Shown: positions 52,533-62,221 of the stretch, piece after piece | How positions within the stretch are numbered: position 1 is the stretch's first letter | Layout: each line of letters begins with the position of its first letter | NCBI GenBank assembly: GCA_965242725.1 | Contig: CBDESZ010000030.1 | Span: forward strand, 32,001 to 96,000 | From: Alkalispirochaeta sp. | GTDB lineage: Bacteria; Spirochaetota; Spirochaetia; DSM-27196; Alkalispirochaetaceae | Direction of reading: 5' to 3' | DNA length: 64,000 nucleotides | The notes under the pieces: model-generated | Seen by the model: the letters and a program-made list of their open reading frames with translations, nothing else | Told to the model about the DNA's origin: nothing | Database searches by the model: none | Position numbers and translations under genes: made by a program

Positions 52533-53732
52533 GTGAAGAAAAGCCTGCAGGTTGCGACACCGTCGCGGATAGGGTTCCTCAAGGATGTCCTGATTTGTTC
52601 TCTCGGCGCCTACGGTGGTCCTGAAACACACATCAGTGTCTTTCTGAACCAGATGGTTCACCGGAAGAAGTATCTTTCGGAAGAGGAGCTTATAGAGCTT
52701 CTCGCACTCAACGGAATCCTTCCCGGCCCGACGAGTACTCAGACAATCGTCTCCATAGGGTACAAGGTTGGCGGCCGTCTCCTCGCGCTCTATACGCTAA
52801 TGGTCTGGGCGCTGCCGGTCATCTCGCTCATGACCCTCGCATCCTTTGCCTACACCTTTCTCGAACGGCGGGGGCTCTCAGGCTCCGTTCTCCGGTTTAT
52901 CGGGCCGATGGCGGTAGGATTTATCATATACGCTGCAACCAGGATCGGAAGGAAGGTCATCATCGACAAGGTGACGGCTGCTCTCTTTCTGTTCAGTGCA
53001 GTGACGACATTTTTCTTTAGACAACCATGGGTCTTTCCGGTCGTCCTCCTCTGCGGCGGTGTCGTGACGGCCACCGTCAACCGAGAACCTGGAATGTGGA
53101 AGTCCGTGTCCCTTCGTCCACCGTGGATATTTCTCGTACTCTTTGTCGGTATCGCCGTCGGCGCGGCCGTGATGGCAGGCCTTTCGTCGGCAAAACCGAT
53201 CCAGCTTTTCGAGAGCTTTTATCGATATGGATACCTTGTCTTTGGAGGGGGCCAGGTGGTGGTCCCGATCATGCAAAGCGAACTGGTTGACCTCCGTCAT
53301 TTTATGACCAATCAGGAATTTCTGACCGGCTACGGCCTTGTCCAGGGGCTTCCGGGACCAATGTTCAGCTTTGCCGCCTATGCCGGTGGTATGGCGAGTC
53401 GAGACATGGGCGTGACAATGCAAATTGTTGGCGCCGCCATCGGAGGCCTCGGTATCTTTCTGCCGGGAATTCTACTCATCTATTTTGTCTATCCCGTCTG
53501 GGAACGGCTGAAAGTAATCGGCGCGATACGTCTTGCACTGACAGGCATTAATGCAATTGCCGGAGGGCTCATCGCCGTGTCCATCGTTGTATTGGCGATT
53601 TCGACGGGACTTACCGCTCTCAATGTCGTCATCATGGGTGTCACGGCATCTCTGCTCACTTTTACCAGAATACCGGCGCCGGTGATTGTGGTGGTGACAC
53701 TCCTTGGGGGCATCCTTCTTCCGCCCTTTTAA
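52533..53732 (+). CDS. chrA: Chromate efflux transporter (long-chain CHR family)
   Basis: AYGGP, LPGPTSTQ, VFGGGQVV, LPGPMFSF duplicated halves. Confidence 0.93.
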   Translation: MKKSLQVATPSRIGFLKDVLICSLGAYGGPETHISVFLNQMVHRKKYLSEEELIELLALNGILPGPTSTQTIVSIGYKVGGRLLALYTLMVWALPVISLMTLASFAYTFLERRGLSGSVLRFIGPMAVGFIIYAATRIGRKVIIDKVTAALFLFSAVTTFFFRQPWVFPVVLLCGGVVTATVNREPGMWKSVSLRPPWIFLVLFVGIAVGAAVMAGLSSAKPIQLFESFYRYGYLVFGGGQVVVPIMQSELVDLRHFMTNQEFLTGYGLVQGLPGPMFSFAAYAGGMASRDMGVTMQIVGAAIGGLGIFLPGILLIYFVYPVWERLKVIGAIRLALTGINAIAGGLIAVSIVVLAISTGLTALNVVIMGVTASLLTFTRIPAPVIVVVTLLGGILLPPF

Positions 53733-53773
53733 GACACGAAGAAATGACATAGGCTGGACGAAGCTGGACCAAA

Positions 53774-54394
53774 ATGAAGACAAAACAGCAGAATACGATC
53801 CCCATAGAACCCCTGTACACCGAGTTGCACGACGATCTTCATGTCTATTTTGCCAGGCGGGTGGAATCGTCGGAGGCGGCGGAAGACCTCGTCCAGGAGA
53901 CATTTCTGAAGTTCCTCCGCGCCCTTGAACAAGGGCGCACCGTTTCAAACGCGGAAGCGTATCTGTTTCGACTCGCACGAAATCTGGTCATAGACCATTA
54001 CCGGACACGGCGGCACAGTTCCCCGCCTCCGGAGCTGCTCGACGAGTCCCAGGAAGATGCGCGGAACGAGGAAACCCGGCGGGTTATCGCCGGATGGATG
54101 AGAGACTTCATTTCCACCCTCCCTTCGCCCTATCGGGAAACGTTGCTGTTGAGTGAATTTCACGGCCTTCCCTACTCCGAAATTGCCGGACGGACGGGAG
54201 GTACCGTGGGAACGGTCAAGAGCCGTGTTCACCGAGGCAGGAAGCTCCTGCGGGAGCGACTCATCACCTGCTGCCGTTTCCATTTTGATGCCGCGGGGCG
54301 TGTGGTTGACTACGAACCTCACCACTGGACGCCTGCAAAAAACGAGGAACGGCCCGACGGGTCGAACCGTTCCCGCTGTTCCGATTGCGAATAG
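53774..54394 (+). CDS. sigZ: ECF sigma factor, SigZ-like, with Cys-containing C-terminal extension
   Basis: AEDLVQETFLK, ARNLVIDHYR, VKSRVHRGR, CCRFHFDAAG.V.DY, terminal CSDC. Confidence 0.85.
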   Translation: MKTKQQNTIPIEPLYTELHDDLHVYFARRVESSEAAEDLVQETFLKFLRALEQGRTVSNAEAYLFRLARNLVIDHYRTRRHSSPPPELLDESQEDARNEETRRVIAGWMRDFISTLPSPYRETLLLSEFHGLPYSEIAGRTGGTVGTVKSRVHRGRKLLRERLITCCRFHFDAAGRVVDYEPHHWTPAKNEERPDGSNRSRCSDCE

Positions 54395-54416
54395 ACGCCG
54401 GAAGCATCGTCGGACT

Positions 54417-55178
54417 TTACGGTTTGTGTGCCGAAATGGTCGCCGAAAATACCGCCACGACCGGCGCGTCCGGATCACCCCAGTTGAACGGCGTCGAGTT
54501 CACCTCTATGAGTATGTCCGTGAAGCCTGCGCCTTCAAGCAACCCCCTGATCACCTCTCCCGTCTCCGCTCCGCTCACACAGGCACTGTAGAGATCCATG
54601 TCGGAGCGTTCCGCGTCGGTCGGTTTGCGTTCTGCGACAAGGTCGGAGACGACAAGCCGTCCGCCCCGTTTCAGCACCCGGTGGGCTTCCCCAAATACAC
54701 GCCCCTTGTCCGGAGAGAGGTTGATGACGCAGTTGGATATGATGAGATCGACGCTTTCATCGGGAAGTGGAAGCTCTTCTATTGCTCCGAGAAGAAACTC
54801 AACATTTCCGTAGCCTCCCTCCCGGGCATTGTTCCGCGCCTTCTCCACCATTTCCGGGGTCATATCGACACCGATTACGTGCCCTTCAGGACCTACTTTC
54901 CCGGCGGCGAGAAAACAATCGACCCCGGCGCCGCTGCCGAGATCCAGAACCGTCTCTCCCTCAACCGGTTCCGCGGCCACTGTGGGGTTACCGCATCCGA
55001 GACCGAGATCGGCGCCGTCCGGCAGCGTCTGCAACTGCTCAAAGGTATAGCCGCCGCCGCAACTCCCGGTGGAGCAATCGCTCAGAGGATCACCGCAACA
55101 ACTGGTGCTTGCTTCCCGTGCCCTGGCTGCGTAGCGATCCTTGACCGCCGTTCTGATTTCGTCATGTGAATAGTTCAT
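54417..55178 (-). CDS. arsM: Arsenite S-adenosylmethionine methyltransferase
   Basis: [41 protein letters not shown]; alternative start at 55205. Confidence 0.9.
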   Translation of the reverse strand: MNYSHDEIRTAVKDRYAARAREASTSCCGDPLSDCSTGSCGGGYTFEQLQTLPDGADLGLGCGNPTVAAEPVEGETVLDLGSGAGVDCFLAAGKVGPEGHVIGVDMTPEMVEKARNNAREGGYGNVEFLLGAIEELPLPDESVDLIISNCVINLSPDKGRVFGEAHRVLKRGGRLVVSDLVAERKPTDAERSDMDLYSACVSGAETGEVIRGLLEGAGFTDILIEVNSTPFNWGDPDAPVVAVFSATISAHKP

Positions 55179-55212
55179 AAGGACTCTCCCGTTTGTAGAT
55201 TTCATTCTCTAT

Positions 55213-55238
55213 GACGAACGGGCGCGTCCGAGGTTGCA
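55213..55238 (-). promoter_or_regulatory. ECF-type promoter upstream of arsM
   Basis: TGCAAC N16 CGTC. Confidence 0.6.
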
Positions 55239-55270
55239 TTGGCGGTGAAATTTCTCCGTATGATTTCTTT

Positions 55271-56527
55271 TCAGGAGACAATTGCCCCGTAGAACAGACC
55301 CGCCGCTGTGGACATGCTCACGACCAGGAAGATGTAGGTAGCCGTTTTCTTCATACCAAGTTCACTGCCGATCACCATGATTGAGGGCAGTGAAAGGGAG
55401 GGACCGGCCAGCAGCAGGGCCAGTGCGGGGCCGTCGTTCATACCCGCGCCGAGAAGGCCCTGCATGATGGGTACCTCCGTCAGCGTGGCAAAGTACATGA
55501 GAGCACCGGCGAGGGCTGCGATAAGATTGCTTCCGAGCGAGTTGGTTCCCACCAGATCGGCGATCCACTCTTCCGGGATGAGGGCCGCGTGACCCGGGCG
55601 CCCCAGAAGGAAGCCCGCCACAAGTACTCCGGCAAAAAGCAGCGGCAGGATCTGAACGGCAAAATCTCTGGTTGCCGAGACCCAGTCAGTAAGCTCACTC
55701 CTGCTGAACCATCGCAGGAGCGTATAGCCCAGGATCACGGTAAAGACTCCAGTGATTGGCCACTTCCATCGATAGATGACATCCCACCATGTGACGGAAC
55801 CGCCGGACGGCGCCCAGTTCACGAAGAGGAGTATCCCGACCATGGATGCCATGTAGAGCGCCATTTGCGGGAGAGTGCGGCCCCTGGTATCGTCAAAGGG
55901 CTGAAACATCGCGGCGTTCGTCGTACGGTCTTTGTCCTCCCGGAGGTAGACCATCTGCATGACAACTCCAATGACAAAGGCAAAAAGGATCGCTCCCACG
56001 GCTCGGGCGACTCCGAGCCGTACTCCCAGCACCTTGGCGGTGAGAATAATCGCGAGGATGTTAATCGCCGGACCAGAGTAGAGAAAGCTTACCGCCGGGC
56101 CAAGACCGGCACCTTTCCTGTAGATGCCTTTGAACAGCGGCAGGACGGTACAGGAACAGACCGCCAGGATCGTACCCGATACCGATGCAACTCCGTATGC
56201 CGTGAGTCTTGGCGCATCGGGTCCAAGGTAGCGAATGACCGCCTGCTGATTGAGGAAGATCGTAATCGCGCCGGCGATGAAAAATGCGGGAACGAGACAA
56301 AGCAGCACATGTTCCCGGGCATACTCCCCGAGCATGAGGAACGCCTCGTTTACCGCCGAGGAAACTCTTGGTGCCGACCAGGGGACAAAAAAGGCAACAA
56401 GAAAGACAAGAGCCATCGCCGTGAGGATTCGGTTCTTGTCCTCCCCCCAGAACGCATTGATTCGCCGAATGATAACCCGTCCGGAGGACCCACCGGCTTC
56501 ATCGGGCGCTGACGTCGTCGTGTTCAT
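55271..56527 (-). CDS. DUF318/ArsP-family permease
   Basis: VCSCTVLPLF, FLYSGPAIN, YFATLTEVP, LLAGPSLSLP. Confidence 0.88.
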   Translation of the reverse strand: MNTTTSAPDEAGGSSGRVIIRRINAFWGEDKNRILTAMALVFLVAFFVPWSAPRVSSAVNEAFLMLGEYAREHVLLCLVPAFFIAGAITIFLNQQAVIRYLGPDAPRLTAYGVASVSGTILAVCSCTVLPLFKGIYRKGAGLGPAVSFLYSGPAINILAIILTAKVLGVRLGVARAVGAILFAFVIGVVMQMVYLREDKDRTTNAAMFQPFDDTRGRTLPQMALYMASMVGILLFVNWAPSGGSVTWWDVIYRWKWPITGVFTVILGYTLLRWFSRSELTDWVSATRDFAVQILPLLFAGVLVAGFLLGRPGHAALIPEEWIADLVGTNSLGSNLIAALAGALMYFATLTEVPIMQGLLGAGMNDGPALALLLAGPSLSLPSIMVIGSELGMKKTATYIFLVVSMSTAAGLFYGAIVS

Positions 56528-56590
56528 CGTTCTTTCTCCCCCATATCATCGATCAGAGAAATCTCCTGGACCGGTACTGAAGGCTTCAGC

Positions 56591-56836
56591 CTATCCGGCG
56601 GTGTAGGCTCTCAGAGACTCGGCTATCTGTGCAGGTGAGTAGACTTTGCCGAACTTCTGCACCACGCCGTCAAAGGCGTAACCCGGTGTCCTCAAAACAC
56701 CCATCTCGAGAATCCGATCACTGTCAGTCACTTTTTCTATCGTCACATCGATACCCAGTTGTGTTGCAGCTTCGATCGCGTTCTCCTCGAGTTTTTTACA
56801 GTTTGGACACCCCCCACCCAGTATTTGTATGGTCAT
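56591..56836 (-). CDS. Small thioredoxin-family protein (MTH895-like)
   Basis: IQILGGGCPNCKKL, GVLRTP; SD AGGAG. Confidence 0.9.
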   Translation of the reverse strand: MTIQILGGGCPNCKKLEENAIEAATQLGIDVTIEKVTDSDRILEMGVLRTPGYAFDGVVQKFGKVYSPAQIAESLRAYTAG

Positions 56837-56865
56837 GGCGGACTCTCCTTTCTGAATTTATTGTT

Positions 56866-56968
56866 TATTTGTCTATATAACCAAGTTTACATCAACATCG
56901 TACACCCGTCAATTCGTTTTCCCGACATCAGAGTTGACATGGCGGAATATTTGCTTATATTTGCAAGT
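56866..56968. promoter_or_regulatory. Divergent promoters with two putative ArsR operator boxes
   Basis: TATTTGnnTATATnnnCAAGT at 56866-56886 and 56948-56968; promoters TTGACG-17-TAAACT (minus) and TTGACA-16-TATATT (plus). Confidence 0.7.
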
Positions 56969-57304
56969 ATGCAGCAAACAGCCAGATTCAAGGCCGAAGC
57001 GCGCTCGGAGATTCTGAAAGCCCTCGCTCACCCGACCCGCATTTACATCGTAGATCTCCTCGATCGGGAAGGCCCCCGCTGCGTCTGCGAGCTCGCCAAA
57101 GAGATCGGCGCGGACATGTCCACCGTTTCCCGGCATCTTTCGCTCCTGAGAAATGCGGGCATCCTCGAAGATGAAAAGAAGGGTACCACCGTCTACTACT
57201 CTCTTGCCTGCGACTGCATCTCGGAGTTCATGAAGGGACTCGAGAAAATCCTTCGTTCAAAGCATCAGCGGGAAAACAGGCGTTTCCAGGCGCTGGTCGA
57301 GTAG
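56969..57304 (+). CDS. arsR: ArsR/SmtB metalloregulator
   Basis: KALAHPTR, CVCEL, STVSRHL, VYYSL, extra CDC. Confidence 0.92.
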   Translation: MQQTARFKAEARSEILKALAHPTRIYIVDLLDREGPRCVCELAKEIGADMSTVSRHLSLLRNAGILEDEKKGTTVYYSLACDCISEFMKGLEKILRSKHQRENRRFQALVE

Positions 57305-57426
57305 CGCAGGAATCCCCTAGGTCACAATATCAGCATGAGTGTTTCCGACACCTCCGGCTGATGACAACCCTTGTCCCTGAAGACGCAAGTCGGACATACC
57401 GCAATCATGAAGAATTCAGGAGGAGA

Positions 57427-57906
57427 ATGGTGAACAAGAAACCAAGAGTACTCGCAATTTGTATCCATAACAGCGCCAGAAGCCAGATGACCGAGGAGTT
57501 TATCAGACAGGCCGCAGGTGATCGGGTGGAAGTCATGAGCGCGGGGATCGAGCCGGGAAAAATCAACCCCGTCGTCGTCGAGCTTCTGAAAGAGGACGGA
57601 ATCAATATCGAGGGGAAGGGGACACAAAGTGTCTTTGAACTACACCAACGGGGAGAACGTTTTGACTACGTCATCGCCGTGTGCGACAAAGAAGCCGCCG
57701 ATCGTTGCCCTATATTTCCCGCCGAGAAAAAACGACTTCACTGGCCGTTTCCTGATCCATCGAAAGCAGAGGGGACCATGGAAGAGAAGCTCTCGTATGT
57801 GCGTCCCATCCGGGATCAAATACGGGACCAGGCACGCCGGTTTGTACAAGACACACTTTTTGCAGAACCGCAACCGCACGACACCACACAGGTGAACGAC
57901 CAATGA
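57427..57906 (+). CDS. arsC: Arsenate reductase (LMW-PTP, thioredoxin-coupled)
   Basis: CIHNSARSQM, SAG, VCD...CP, HWPFPDP; SD AGGAGGAG. Confidence 0.93.
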   Translation: MVNKKPRVLAICIHNSARSQMTEEFIRQAAGDRVEVMSAGIEPGKINPVVVELLKEDGINIEGKGTQSVFELHQRGERFDYVIAVCDKEAADRCPIFPAEKKRLHWPFPDPSKAEGTMEEKLSYVRPIRDQIRDQARRFVQDTLFAEPQPHDTTQVNDQ

Positions 57907-58985
57907 ATGAACAGCACAGCTCCAGGCAGATAGATGGTCTCGGTCTGTTCGGAAAATATCTATCGGTCTGGGTCGCCCTCTGTATCGTAGCAGGTGTCGC
58001 GGTCGGTCGGTTTATGCCGGCGGTGCCGAATTTTCTCAGCCGCTTTGAATACGCCCACGTCTCCATTCCGGTTGCACTACTGATCTGGGTGATGATCTAC
58101 CCGATGATGCTCAAGGTCGATTTTTCGAGTGTCCTTGGTGCATTGAAAGCACCGAAAGGGCTCACCATCACTACCGTCACCAATTGGCTGATCAAGCCCT
58201 TCACCATGTTCTTCTTCGCGTGGCTCTTTTTCACCGTCGTCTTCCGATCTATCATTCCGGAAAAACTTGCACGGGAGTATCTTGCCGGTGCAGTCCTTCT
58301 CGGTGCCGCTCCGTGCACGGCAATGGTCTTTGTATGGAGCCACCTGACCAGCGGGAATCCCGGTTACACGCTCGTGCAGGTCGCCGTAAATGATCTCATC
58401 CTGATCGTCGCCTTCGCTCCCATCGTCATGTTTCTCCTTGGTATCTCCGACGTTGTCATTCCTTACGACACACTTTTCCTTTCAGTGGTGATATTCATCG
58501 TCATTCCTTTGACCGCCGCCGCGCTGACGAGACGGTTTCTCATTCGCCGGCGGGGGACAGCCTACTTTGAACACGTCTTTCTTCCGAGATTTGACGGTAT
58601 CACCACCACAGGACTGCTGGCCACGCTTATCCTGCTGTTCTCATTTCAGGGTGAGACGATTCTCAATAATCCATTTCACATCGTGTTGATCGCGGTTCCG
58701 TTGATCATCCAGACATTTTTTATTTTCGGGCTTGCATACGGATGGGCAAGGTTGTGGCGTGTACCGCATGATATCGCCTCTCCCGCGGCGATGATCGGAG
58801 CGAGTAATTTTTTCGAACTTGCCGTTGCGGTGGCCGTTTCTCTCTTCGGACTCTCATCGGGTGCCGCCCTGGCAACGGTAGTCGGGGTTCTTGTGGAAGT
58901 TCCTGTCATGCTCGCGTTGGTGAGTATCGCCAATTCGACACGGGATCGCTTTCCGCGGTCTTATTCGTCGATCGATTCCGGATAG
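57903..58985 (+). CDS. acr3: ACR3-family arsenite efflux transporter
   Basis: MIYPMM, NWLIKPF, APCTAMVFVW, SNFFELAVA, GVLVEVP. Confidence 0.96.
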   Translation: MNEQHSSRQIDGLGLFGKYLSVWVALCIVAGVAVGRFMPAVPNFLSRFEYAHVSIPVALLIWVMIYPMMLKVDFSSVLGALKAPKGLTITTVTNWLIKPFTMFFFAWLFFTVVFRSIIPEKLAREYLAGAVLLGAAPCTAMVFVWSHLTSGNPGYTLVQVAVNDLILIVAFAPIVMFLLGISDVVIPYDTLFLSVVIFIVIPLTAAALTRRFLIRRRGTAYFEHVFLPRFDGITTTGLLATLILLFSFQGETILNNPFHIVLIAVPLIIQTFFIFGLAYGWARLWRVPHDIASPAAMIGASNFFELAVAVAVSLFGLSSGAALATVVGVLVEVPVMLALVSIANSTRDRFPRSYSSIDSG

Positions 58986-59149
58986 GATTCCTCGGTCAGG
59001 CGGGTCAGTTCGTTGATTCTGTCACGCAAATCGGCGGCACGTCGCGTATCTGCCTCTAATTTTTCCTTGTCGGCGGCGATTGTTTCCCTGAGTTGATCGT
59101 ACTCGGCCGTTAGATCAGCCAGCTGAGACTGAATTGTCATGTGTTTCAC
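58961..59149 (-). CDS. Small coiled-coil protein
   Basis: Strong SD AGGAGGAG before GTG 59149; heptad-like L/E-rich sequence. Confidence 0.6.
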   Translation of the reverse strand: MKHMTIQSQLADLTAEYDQLRETIAADKEKLEADTRRAADLRDRINELTRLTEESYPESIDE

Positions 59150-59286
59150 CGTTCTCCTCCTTTCGCTGCTTGAATGCCAACCCATTACAATGTGCTGCGC
59201 CGCCGGTGCGAGGTCAAGTGCAACAGTTTACCCCGAAGTCGACGAGCCCCTTGACCTCAGACCGGATATCCTCATGTAGTTACCGT

Positions 59287-60465
59287 ATGCAAGGGAACGG
59301 ACGGGAAGAGGACTATCCTCGGAGAATTGACCGGGACGGGGAGAAAGCAAACCCCGACGCATTCCGATCGCCAAATGACCCTGACGAACCGACAACCGTT
59401 TTTCAGCGCCATTTCCATCGCGTTTTTCGAGCATCCGCCGGAAAAACACTTCGACGATTCCGTATCATTCGTCCGTTGCTTATTCTGGTTTCGGCGGGCG
59501 TCGGATTTGTGGTTGTCGTGGTCACTCTCAACAGTGCACATCTATTCAGATTGACCCACCCGATACCCCCGAATAACTCCGCCCCGACGCCGAAACTCAT
59601 CGCACATCGCGGCGTCCACCAGCCCTTTGATACAACAGGACTGACAAACGATACGTGTACCGCGGCACGAAGCCTTCCTTCATCCCACGGATTTCTTGAA
59701 AACACGATTCCCTCGATGGCGGCCGCCTTTCGTATGGGTGCAGACGTCGTTGAGCTTGATGTTCACCTCACCAGGGACGGCCGATTCGCCGTTTTTCACG
59801 ATTGGACTCTGGAATGCCGAACCGACGGCGCAGGGGTGACCCGGGAATCCGATTGGGAAGAACTCAAATCGCTGGACGTGGGATATGGTTATACACGTGA
59901 CGGCGGCGGATCATTCCCTTTTCGCGGAACAGGTGTCGGCATGATGCCGAATCTCCGGGAGGTATTTGAAGCGTTCCCGGATGGAAAGTTTCTTATTGAC
60001 ATCAAAAGCAACGTGGCGTCCGACGGCGACGGTCTTGTGCGGTTTTTCCGGGACAATCCGAACTGGCTCAACAAGGTCTGGGGGGTCTATGGAGGCCCCG
60101 TCCCGGTCGAACGATTCTCAGACGTCTACCCGGACATTCCAACGTTCACCGCCGGGAGTGTCGTGAACTGCCTGAAAGATTATTTGATGACGGGGTGGAC
60201 CGGACGCATACCGGAATCCTGCACCGGAACGACGGTGTACATTCCGGTCAATTTTGCGCCGATTCTCTGGGGGTGGCCCGACCGTTTCCTGTGGCGTATG
60301 GAGAACGCCGGGACAACGGTTGTACTTATCGGTCCGCATACATGGGGCAATACGGGAACCCGCGGTTTCGATGATACCGTACTCCTCGAAAAAATTCCCC
60401 GGACATATACCGGTTACATTCAGACCGATCGTATCGAGCTCCTCGGTCCCGCGCTGAGAAACTGA
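59287..60465 (+). CDS. Glycerophosphodiester phosphodiesterase family protein (membrane-anchored; start uncertain)
   Basis: IAHRG, ENTIPS, ELDVH, FHD, DIK, TDR. Confidence 0.9.
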   Translation: MQGNGREEDYPRRIDRDGEKANPDAFRSPNDPDEPTTVFQRHFHRVFRASAGKTLRRFRIIRPLLILVSAGVGFVVVVVTLNSAHLFRLTHPIPPNNSAPTPKLIAHRGVHQPFDTTGLTNDTCTAARSLPSSHGFLENTIPSMAAAFRMGADVVELDVHLTRDGRFAVFHDWTLECRTDGAGVTRESDWEELKSLDVGYGYTRDGGGSFPFRGTGVGMMPNLREVFEAFPDGKFLIDIKSNVASDGDGLVRFFRDNPNWLNKVWGVYGGPVPVERFSDVYPDIPTFTAGSVVNCLKDYLMTGWTGRIPESCTGTTVYIPVNFAPILWGWPDRFLWRMENAGTTVVLIGPHTWGNTGTRGFDDTVLLEKIPRTYTGYIQTDRIELLGPALRN

Positions 60466-60563
60466 CGGTACTCTCCGGCGGTACAGAATTTCGTCGAAAT
60501 CGCGCTATCACGGTAAATGAGGATTCTTGTGTCGCCGTTCGGGATATACTACACTCGCCTATT

Positions 60564-61826
60564 ATGCCGTCGGATCAACAAAATGTAGATTACCCTGTCC
60601 AGGATGATACGATTTCGCTGCTTGATTTGGTTGCCGTACTGGTCCGACACAAATGGCTCATTGTCGGCACAACGTTTGCCGCGGCGATCGGTATTTTGAT
60701 ATTTTCGATCATTTCGCTGGTCCTGCCGTCCGATATTTCCCCCCTGCCGAACTACTTCAAGGCGACCGCAGAGGTCCTCATTACGGAGGAGAGCGGCACC
60801 AATCTGCAGTCGGTCCTCGGGAATTCCCAGCTTGCAAGCCTGGCGGGACTGTCCGGAGCGGGCGGCGGATCGAGTAACGGCGAGCTGGCCCTCTCCCTCC
60901 TCACCAGTCGCACGGTTCTGGATCAGATCGTCAACGAGTTCAACATCATTGAACGATACGAAATCGAAGAATCACCGCGGGCACGAAGCAGACAAGTGGT
61001 GCGGGAGATGATGGAGAGCAACCTTGAGCCGGAAACGGGAATTCTGTCGGTCTCCATTCAGCATATCGATCCCGCCTTTGCCCGGGATGTGACCAATCGC
61101 CTCGTTGAAATTCTCAATGGCCGTTTCCAGGAACTGGGTGTCGACCAGAACCGAAGTCGCGCAAATCTTCTGGAACGCAAGATATCTGAAGTGGATGAGG
61201 AAATCCTGCAGCTGGAGCAGCAAATCAAAGAGTTTCAGCGTCGGTACGGAGCGTTCAACGTCCAGAGTATGGTGGAAGAGCAGGTCGCCATGCGGGGTCG
61301 TATTCGAAGCGATCTCGTTCTCAAGGAGATTGAAATCAGCACCTACGAAGATTTTTCGACGATAAACGATCCTGTTCTTCAACGCCTCAGGACGGAGCGC
61401 GACAACCTGCGTCAGCTTCTACGGGAAATGGAAGAGGGTTTCTCCGAATTTTCCACAGGACTGCCGTCACAGCAGGAGCTGCCGGAACTGGCGGCGGAGT
61501 TTGCACGACTCCAGCGGGAAGCGCAGGTGCAGCAACAGATTTATACGACCCTTCGTCAGCAGTATGAACTGGCTCAACTGTCACTGGAGGGTGAAGAGCG
61601 AACGTTTCAGATTCTGGAGCTCGCGGAAGTCCCCGACCAAAAGGCGGGACCGAGCCGTGCGATGATTTCAATCATTACGACAATTACCGCGTTCTTTGTA
61701 AGTGTATTTCTCGCCTTTGTTCTGGAGTACTTCTCCAGGGTGAAGGAAGATCCGGAAGAAGGCAGGAAACTCAAAGAGATCGAACAGGGTCTCCGGATAT
61801 TCCACCGGAGAGCACAAGGGAGATAG
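60564..61826 (+). CDS. Polysaccharide chain-length determinant (Wzz/GumC-like)
   Basis: DTISLLDL, N-terminal TM, coiled coil, AEVPDQKAGPSR followed by a C-terminal TM. Confidence 0.88.
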   Translation: MPSDQQNVDYPVQDDTISLLDLVAVLVRHKWLIVGTTFAAAIGILIFSIISLVLPSDISPLPNYFKATAEVLITEESGTNLQSVLGNSQLASLAGLSGAGGGSSNGELALSLLTSRTVLDQIVNEFNIIERYEIEESPRARSRQVVREMMESNLEPETGILSVSIQHIDPAFARDVTNRLVEILNGRFQELGVDQNRSRANLLERKISEVDEEILQLEQQIKEFQRRYGAFNVQSMVEEQVAMRGRIRSDLVLKEIEISTYEDFSTINDPVLQRLRTERDNLRQLLREMEEGFSEFSTGLPSQQELPELAAEFARLQREAQVQQQIYTTLRQQYELAQLSLEGEERTFQILELAEVPDQKAGPSRAMISIITTITAFFVSVFLAFVLEYFSRVKEDPEEGRKLKEIEQGLRIFHRRAQGR

Positions 61827-61843
61827 CCCTCCGGCGAGTGGAG

Positions 61844-62221
61844 TCATGAAAAACTCGCCCAAAGGATTTTCAGGTTCTCGGAAATTGACAATACGGTTTC
61901 ATCCGCAGTGGGGAGTGCCAGTGTCTCAATAATCCCCATTGATTCTCCGGGCAGGACCGCTACCGATTCGACGATCCGCCGATAGAAGACCTGTTCCCCC
62001 GCGGACAATCGAAAGACAAAATCCACATGAGAAATCGTCTCACCGCCGACGTTGGTGATCGAAAAAACGACATCACAGAGCCCTTCGGCGTCGACACTCA
62101 GCGCTTCCGCCCTTACAACGCCTTCCGGGACCGGAGGCTCGTCCAGGGGACACCCGGACAGCATCAGAGCTGCAACGATACACATGCCGATGACCGCGAC
62201 TCCTACGATTCTGGTTTCCAT
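61844..62221 (-). CDS. Small lipoprotein with Ig-like fold
   Basis: GGAGG SD, signal peptide with lipobox LSG-C, ITNVG and VLPGES Ig-type motifs. Confidence 0.75.
   Translation of the reverse strand: METRIVGVAVIGMCIVAALMLSGCPLDEPPVPEGVVRAEALSVDAEGLCDVVFSITNVGGETISHVDFVFRLSAGEQVFYRRIVESVAVLPGESMGIIETLALPTADETVLSISENLKILWASFS

Noticed and set aside
54417..56836. Selenocysteine recoding in arsM, arsP or the thioredoxin
   Set aside because: The expected Cys motifs are ordinary Cys codons in uninterrupted ORFs; no in-frame TGA is needed
57305..57426. Fluoride riboswitch (GCTGATGAC motif) between arsR and arsC
   Set aside because: The 5' GGnGAUGG..CC stem and pseudoknot pairing could not be built, and the downstream genes are not fluoride-related
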